Below, piece after piece: positions 58,713-64,000 of a DNA stretch of 64,000 nucleotides. Made by a program: the position numbers and the translations under genes. The stretch lies in contig JBBIIG010000001.1 of the NCBI GenBank assembly GCA_037446635.1, forward strand, positions 149,638 to 213,637, given 5' to 3'. Each line of letters starts with the position of its first letter. Positions within the stretch are counted from its first letter, which is position 1. The DNA comes from a bacterium. GTDB taxonomy: Bacteria; Zhuqueibacterota; Zhuqueibacteria; Oceanimicrobiales; Oceanimicrobiaceae. The notes under the pieces are model-generated. The model was not told the origin of the DNA. It saw only the letters and a list, made by a program, of their open reading frames with translations, and made no database searches.

Positions 58713-60695
58713 TCATAACAGCTGAATGATCGAAATCACCACCACCACAAACAGCGCCATCAAGATGTAACTCTGCACGCGGCCAGTTTGCAACTCGCGC
58801 AATTGCGCCCCAAAGAATTGGATCGTCCGTCCAACCCAATTCACCAGGCCATCGACGATGCGCAGATCGTGCCAGCCGCCCGCAAACGAGAGCTTGGCGG
58901 TCCAACGCGCAACACCATTCACCACGCCATCGATGATACGCAAATCGAACCAACCGGAAACCCGGCTGAGGAGCAGCGTGCCGGCGATCGCCGTGGCGCT
59001 GTACATTTCGTCAAAATAGTATTTGTTCCAAAGTAAATTGTAAACCGGGCGCAGACGACTGCCCCATGCCTCGGCGGAAATTTTCTTCCAATAGTAAGTC
59101 GCGGTGGAAATCAGAATTCCCAAACCGGCGATCAGAATGGAAAGAATCAGCGCGAGGTTGTGAGCCGAATGCGCGACCTCGTGGCCGGCTTCGTGCGCCG
59201 GCTCGACCGCCGCTGCTACCGTCGCATACGCCGCTAAATCCGGCTTCGCCACCAAATGCTCGTACCAGCCCCACCAGATTGTGCCCACCGAGAAAACCGC
59301 CAGCACCGTCAACGGAATCGTCATCACTTTGGGCGACTCGTGGGCATGCTCGTATTTGTGATGATCGCGGGCTTCGCCAAAAAATGTCAAGTAAACTAAG
59401 CGGAACATGTAAAACGCCGTGATGCCCGCGGACAAAAACATGATCACAGGGATGATGAAATGACTCGGGTGCAGCATCCCGAATTCCAGCGTCGAGGCGA
59501 GGATGGCGTCTTTGCTCCAAAATCCGGACAGCGGCGGCACGCCGGAAATCGCCAGCGTGGCGATCAGAAATGTCCAGAAGGTAATAGGCATTTTCTTTTT
59601 GAGGCCGCCCATCTCGGTCATATCCTGCGTGTGCACGGCGTGGATGACGCTGCCGGAACCGAGGAACAACAGCGCTTTGAAAAATGCGTGAGTGGTGAGA
59701 TGAAAAAGTCCCGCGGTGTAGCCGCCGGTACCAAGTCCTACCATCATGTAGCCGAGCTGGCTGATGGTGGAATAGGCCAGCACGCGTTTGATGTCCGTTT
59801 GCACGATGGCGATGGTCGCGGCCATAAACGCGGTGATGGTGCCGATGTACGCGATGAACAGCAGCGCCTCCGCGGTGAAGAAAACGAAGATGCGGCCTAC
59901 GAGGTAAACGCCCGCGGCCACCATCGTCGCGGCGTGAATGAGCGCGCTGACGGGCGTGGGGCCTTCCATCGCGTCCGGCAGCCAAACGTGCAGCGGAAAT
60001 TGCGCGGACTTGCCGATGGCGCCGCCGAAGAGTAACAAGCCGGTTGCGGTCAACAGGCCGCCGGCGAGTTTGCCGTCAGCGACGCCGCGAAAGACGTCTT
60101 CGAATTTGAAGACACCAAGCGTTGTAAATAAAATCAAAATGCCGACGAACATGCAGATGTCGCCGATGCGATTGGTGATGAACGCTTTCTTGCCGGCATT
60201 CGCCGCGGAATCTTTTTCAAACCAGAAACCGATGAGCAGATAGGAACAAAGTCCGACCAATTCCCAGAAAACGTAGATGCCCAAAAAATTATCGACGAGG
60301 ACGAGGCCGAGCATGGAGAACGAAAACAACGCGAGGTAGGCGAAGTAGCGGCTGTAACGCGGGTCGCCGTGCATGTAGCCGATGGAGTAGAGATGAATCA
60401 GCGCGCTGATCAGAGTGACGACAATCAGCATCACGGAGGTGAGATTGTCGATGTGAATTCCGAACGAAACGACCACCGGCCCGAAGTTGATCCACTCCCA
60501 ACTGGCTTGGATTTTGAAATTGGGATCGTATGCTGAGAGTGATTGGAAGAAAATTGGCACCGCAAACAGGAAAGCGGCGAACATCGCGCCGGTGGGCAGC
60601 CACGCGCCCTGTTTCGGCAGCCGCTTGCCGATAAAAATCTGAATCGTGAAAGCCGCGAGCGGAAGAAGTAAAATGATGATGGCGTTGGTTATCAT
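58713..60695 (-). CDS. nuoL: NADH-quinone oxidoreductase subunit L
   Basis: GKSAQFPLHVWLPDAMEGPTPVSALIHAATMV, HAFFKALLFL. Confidence 0.97.
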   Translation of the reverse strand: MITNAIIILLLPLAAFTIQIFIGKRLPKQGAWLPTGAMFAAFLFAVPIFFQSLSAYDPNFKIQASWEWINFGPVVVSFGIHIDNLTSVMLIVVTLISALIHLYSIGYMHGDPRYSRYFAYLALFSFSMLGLVLVDNFLGIYVFWELVGLCSYLLIGFWFEKDSAANAGKKAFITNRIGDICMFVGILILFTTLGVFKFEDVFRGVADGKLAGGLLTATGLLLFGGAIGKSAQFPLHVWLPDAMEGPTPVSALIHAATMVAAGVYLVGRIFVFFTAEALLFIAYIGTITAFMAATIAIVQTDIKRVLAYSTISQLGYMMVGLGTGGYTAGLFHLTTHAFFKALLFLGSGSVIHAVHTQDMTEMGGLKKKMPITFWTFLIATLAISGVPPLSGFWSKDAILASTLEFGMLHPSHFIIPVIMFLSAGITAFYMFRLVYLTFFGEARDHHKYEHAHESPKVMTIPLTVLAVFSVGTIWWGWYEHLVAKPDLAAYATVAAAVEPAHEAGHEVAHSAHNLALILSILIAGLGILISTATYYWKKISAEAWGSRLRPVYNLLWNKYYFDEMYSATAIAGTLLLSRVSGWFDLRIIDGVVNGVARWTAKLSFAGGWHDLRIVDGLVNWVGRTIQFFGAQLRELQTGRVQSYILMALFVVVVISIIQLL

Positions 60696-60819
60696 ATTTT
60701 TCAGTATTGAAATCTCTTTTTAGTGCGTGTCGTTTCGAGCGAAGCGGAGTCGAGGAACCTGATGAAAGTGTATACCGCAAATCCGCTCATAACTATTTTT
60801 GCGTGATCCATTCATTGCC

Positions 60820-60904
60820 TCATTTCTCACCTCGACAAAAAACGTCGAGGTGAGAAATGACAAACTCACAGACGTTTACGAAACCTTGAAGGTTTAGTAA
60901 ACGT
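60820..60904. repeat. Two adjacent long hairpins (17 bp perfect; 16 bp with one mismatch) between nuoK and nuoL
   Basis: TCATTTCTCACCTCGAC/GTCGAGGTGAGAAATGA and ACGTTTACGAAACCTT/AAGGTTTAGTAAACGT. Confidence 0.8.
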
Positions 60905-60912
60905 GTCCTCTG

Positions 60913-61224
60913 CTATCTTGCCAGCGAATCGGCCTCATCCAAATTGATGGATTTGAGCCGCTCGTACAAATTCAACACAATCGCCAGCGCCACGGCTGCT
61001 GCTGCCGCTGCGGTAACGATCACAAATACCGCAAACACTTGGCCGTCGAGATCGGTATCTACGAAACGCGCGAAGGCGATGAAGTTGATGTTCGCCGCGT
61101 TCAAAATCAGCTCGATGCCCATGAGCACGGTGACGGCGTTTTTCTTGGTGATCACGCACAGCAGTCCCAGCGAAAACAGCACGGCGCTCAGCGCCAAATA
61201 ATGCGTCAAGCCAATCGAGCTCAT
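60913..61224 (-). CDS. nuoK: NADH-quinone oxidoreductase subunit K
   Basis: LFSLGL, VLMGIELILNAANINF, GQVFAVF. Confidence 0.95.
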   Translation of the reverse strand: MSSIGLTHYLALSAVLFSLGLLCVITKKNAVTVLMGIELILNAANINFIAFARFVDTDLDGQVFAVFVIVTAAAAAAVALAIVLNLYERLKSINLDEADSLAR

Positions 61225-61718
61225 CCTCTCTCCTTCCGCGCGATGAACGCCGCGCCAATCAACGCGGCGAGCAACAGCACCGAAACGATTTCAAACGGAA
61301 TCAAATAATCGGTCATAAAGTGTGTGCCCAATTTGGCGGAGGTGGGATTGAATTCCGCGGGCGCGTACGATGCCCACGGCGTTTTATACACCATCCGCAG
61401 CAGCACCGCCAGCACACCAGCCACCACCACCAAAGCCGGCAGCAGTTGCAGCGTGCCGGTGCGCATTTCGATGTTGGTGATGCGCTGCGTCAGCATTACG
61501 CCGAACACCAGAAGAATGAGAATCCCGCCAACATAAACCAGAATTTGCACCACCGCCACAAAATCCGCGGCCAGCAGAACATAAATTCCCGCCACCCCAA
61601 AAAACGCAAACAACAGCCCGACGGCCGAGTAAATGACGTTCCGCGAAAAAACCAGAACAAGTGCGGACACAACGGTCAACGCAGCCAGAGCGTAAAAAAA
61701 GAGGTCAAATAAGTTCAT
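61221..61718 (-). CDS. nuoJ: NADH-quinone oxidoreductase subunit J
   Basis: ADFVAVVQILVYVGGI, YLIPFEIVSVLLLAALIGA. Confidence 0.95.
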   Translation of the reverse strand: MNLFDLFFYALAALTVVSALVLVFSRNVIYSAVGLLFAFFGVAGIYVLLAADFVAVVQILVYVGGILILLVFGVMLTQRITNIEMRTGTLQLLPALVVVAGVLAVLLRMVYKTPWASYAPAEFNPTSAKLGTHFMTDYLIPFEIVSVLLLAALIGAAFIARKERG

Positions 61719-61741
61719 GGACTTAGCTTTTTTAAATGGAA

Positions 61742-61821
61742 TGGATCAATGGATCGTTGGATCAATGAATCAAAGTCAAGACTTGAGCATTGATCCATTA
61801 ATCCACTACTCCATTACTCCA
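61742..61821. repeat. Four octamers (TGGATCAA-like) facing four inverted octamers (TTGATCCA/TTACTCCA-like)
   Basis: Read directly; related to the TGGAGTAT array at 8065. Confidence 0.75.
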
Positions 61822-61881
61822 CGTTCTAAGCAACTGAGATTCCATTAACGTAAGCTTTTCAAACTTGCGAAATTATTCAGG

Positions 61882-62925
61882 TCAGAGTATCATATAGACT
61901 CCGACGCCCACAATCGCCACGAAGCCGAACGGCAGCAGTACCTTCCAGCACACGTACATCAATTGATCGACGCGCACCCGCGGCAAAGTCCAGCGCAGCC
62001 ACATTTGCACGAAGATCAAGAACGCGGCTTTAGCCACTATCCAGAAGATTTGAAACGGCCCCGAATTCAAGAAATTTCCAAACGGACTCGACCAGCCGCC
62101 GAGGAACAGGGTCGCGCCAATCACACCCACCAAAAACATATTGGCGTATTCCGCGAGAAAAAACATCGCCCATTTCATGCCGCTGTACTCGGTATGAAAG
62201 CCGGCTACGATTTCGGACTCGGCTTCGGGGATGTCGAATGGCGCGCGGTTGACTTCGGCCAGTGAAGCGACGAAATAAATAATGAACGCAATAAAATTGA
62301 ACGGGAAAAATTGCCACACCAGCCACTTGTGAAATCCCCCCACTTGATAACTCACAATGGCGCCCAGATTCATGCTGCCAACGGTCATAATCGCGGCAAG
62401 CACCGCCAGCGTGGCCGGCACCTCGAAGCTCACCACCTGCGCCGCGGAGCGCATCGCGCCTAACAGCGACCACTTGTTATTCGATGCCCAGCCGGCCAAA
62501 ATAATTCCCACCACCACAAACGAAGAGATGGCGATGACGTACAACACGCCCACGTTCAAATCGCTGGCAACGATGTTTTGACCAAAGGGCAAAACCGCAA
62601 ACGCGGCAAGGGTGGCAGCGAAGACGATGACCGGCGCCAACAGGTGCAGCTTTTTATCGGCGGCGGCGGGTACGATGTCTTCCTTCAGTAAAAGCTTGAT
62701 AGCATCCGCGAAGGTTTGCACCACCCCATGCCATCCGACGTACATCGGGCCGAGGCGGTTCTGCATGTGCGCGGAAACTTTGCGCTCGGCATAGACGCCC
62801 ACCAGTGCCAATACCGCAGCAAAAACAGTGAGCACCACCGCGCTCAACACCATGGCTAAAATAGTGAGAGTTGTAACGGAGAGGAACGACTGACGACTGG
62901 CTAACTCATTGATGAATTCTTGCAT
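61882..62925 (-). CDS. nuoH: NADH-quinone oxidoreductase subunit H
   Basis: [49 protein letters not shown]. Confidence 0.97.
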   Translation of the reverse strand: MQEFINELASRQSFLSVTTLTILAMVLSAVVLTVFAAVLALVGVYAERKVSAHMQNRLGPMYVGWHGVVQTFADAIKLLLKEDIVPAAADKKLHLLAPVIVFAATLAAFAVLPFGQNIVASDLNVGVLYVIAISSFVVVGIILAGWASNNKWSLLGAMRSAAQVVSFEVPATLAVLAAIMTVGSMNLGAIVSYQVGGFHKWLVWQFFPFNFIAFIIYFVASLAEVNRAPFDIPEAESEIVAGFHTEYSGMKWAMFFLAEYANMFLVGVIGATLFLGGWSSPFGNFLNSGPFQIFWIVAKAAFLIFVQMWLRWTLPRVRVDQLMYVCWKVLLPFGFVAIVGVGVYMIL

Positions 62926-62953
62926 CCGCGCTTCGGTCTTCCTTTCCCCTCAG

Positions 62954-63379
62954 TTATGAGGCCAGTTCTTCGGAAAGAATTTTGTAAGATGGAATGAGTT
63001 TCGGGTCTGGAACGGCTTGAGGTTTATCCCACTCCAGATCTCCCTTCGCCCACACGTACGCCAGCCCAACCAGCAGAATGAAAACAAATATCATCATTTC
63101 CACTAAGGCAAAGGCGCCCAAATTTTTGAACACCTCCGCCCACGGAAAGAGGAACACAATTTCGACTTCAAAGATCAGAAACACCAACGCAATGACATAA
63201 AACCGGATATTGAATTGAATCCACGATTGGCCGACGGGGAGCTCGCCGCATTCATAGGTACTGATTTTGCCGGGGTGCGGGTTGCGCGTTTGGATGATTC
63301 GCGAAAGAATCACGTTCCCAACCACAAACAGCCCTCCGAAAATCAGGAAGACCAAAATCGTGGCGAAATCGAATAACAT
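62954..63379 (-). CDS. nuoA: NADH-quinone oxidoreductase subunit A
   Basis: KISTYECGE, FYVIALVFLIFEVEIVFLFPWA, KGDLEW. Confidence 0.96.
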   Translation of the reverse strand: MLFDFATILVFLIFGGLFVVGNVILSRIIQTRNPHPGKISTYECGELPVGQSWIQFNIRFYVIALVFLIFEVEIVFLFPWAEVFKNLGAFALVEMMIFVFILLVGLAYVWAKGDLEWDKPQAVPDPKLIPSYKILSEELAS

Positions 63380-63434
63380 AAAATTCCTTTTGAACGAAAC
63401 GGGGTAAGACGACTGGTGAAAATTCAACGGGCGT

Positions 63435-63463
63435 AGTATAATAAATTTTTGATTTTTAGTCAA
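63435..63463 (-). promoter_or_regulatory. Sigma70-type promoter of the nuo operon
   Basis: TTGACT-N17-TATACT. Confidence 0.75.
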
Positions 63464-63602
63464 GACATAAAAATAAAAAATCGCTTGGCAAGTACAGACA
63501 GGCAAACCAAAACAGCTGAAAATAAACACTTGCCCCTGTCTATTGAATGGTTTATATTCCAGCCATTAAAATCACTCCAATTAAAATGAAAGGGGACAGC
63601 CC

Positions 63603-64000
63603 ATGCCCATGAGACGAATGGTTCTCTGTTTTTTACTGCTACTCACCGCCAGCGCTTTAGCCCAACCGCTGCAATTGGATATGGAGGTGTTCGCCAAACG
63701 CCGCGCCGATTTCATGGAAAAAATGGAACCCAACAGCGTCGCCTTTTTTCCGTGCAAGCCGGTCTATCTGCGCAACCTTGACGTGGAATACGTCTATCGC
63801 CAGGAAAGCAATTTCTACTACCTCAGCGGCTTCGAGGAACCCGAATCGGTTCTGCTTATTAACCCCTCCCACCCAAAATATAAATTCGTGATGTTCGTCC
63901 GCAAACGGGATTTGCGCCGGGAGACGTACGACGGCCCCCGCGCCGGCATCGAAGGCGCCATGACCACCTTCCGCGCTGATACTGTTTTATATTATGATGA
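63603..64000 (+). CDS. pepP: Xaa-Pro aminopeptidase (aminopeptidase P) N-terminal domain with signal peptide (partial)
   Basis: FAKRR...RNLDVEYVYRQESNFYYLSGFEEPES...RETYDGPRAG. Confidence 0.88.
   Translation, partial: MPMRRMVLCFLLLLTASALAQPLQLDMEVFAKRRADFMEKMEPNSVAFFPCKPVYLRNLDVEYVYRQESNFYYLSGFEEPESVLLINPSHPKYKFVMFVRKRDLRRETYDGPRAGIEGAMTTFRADTVLYYD

Overview
Bacterial chromosomal window; secreted proteins with PVEL..F / NFPNPFNP C-terminal domains suggest an FCB-group organism such as KSB1/Calditrichota (inference). Left flank (1-20 kb): radC-mutL, two tandem paralogous secreted proteins, a STAS protein, an ADP-forming acyl-CoA ligase, small enzymes and a prkA-DUF444-spoVR operon with a fourth gene. 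Centre: an intact comM/yifB gene, then a ~25.5 kb island in which every recognisable gene is on the minus strand, then a second, 498-bp copy of the comM 3' end. That copy starts exactly at the MNxCPCG motif and carries a serine-recombinase-like dyad. The island has no recognisable integrase. It carries a glycogen/glycolysis cluster (glgP, pckA, AspT/YidE transporter, fbaA, gap, ldh relic, pgk, pfk, glgX), an RND-TolC fusion pump, a PAS-sigma54 activator with a duplicated enhancer/promoter module, and several decayed genes. Right flank: rpsU, an unannotated 6S-like RNA, DmpA peptidase, nfeD-stomatin, a YprB-like nuclease, an M14 peptidase, a complex I operon holding only the membrane-arm genes (nuoA-H-J-K-L-M-N), and the start of pepP. 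All calls come from reading the sequence; no database searches were run.
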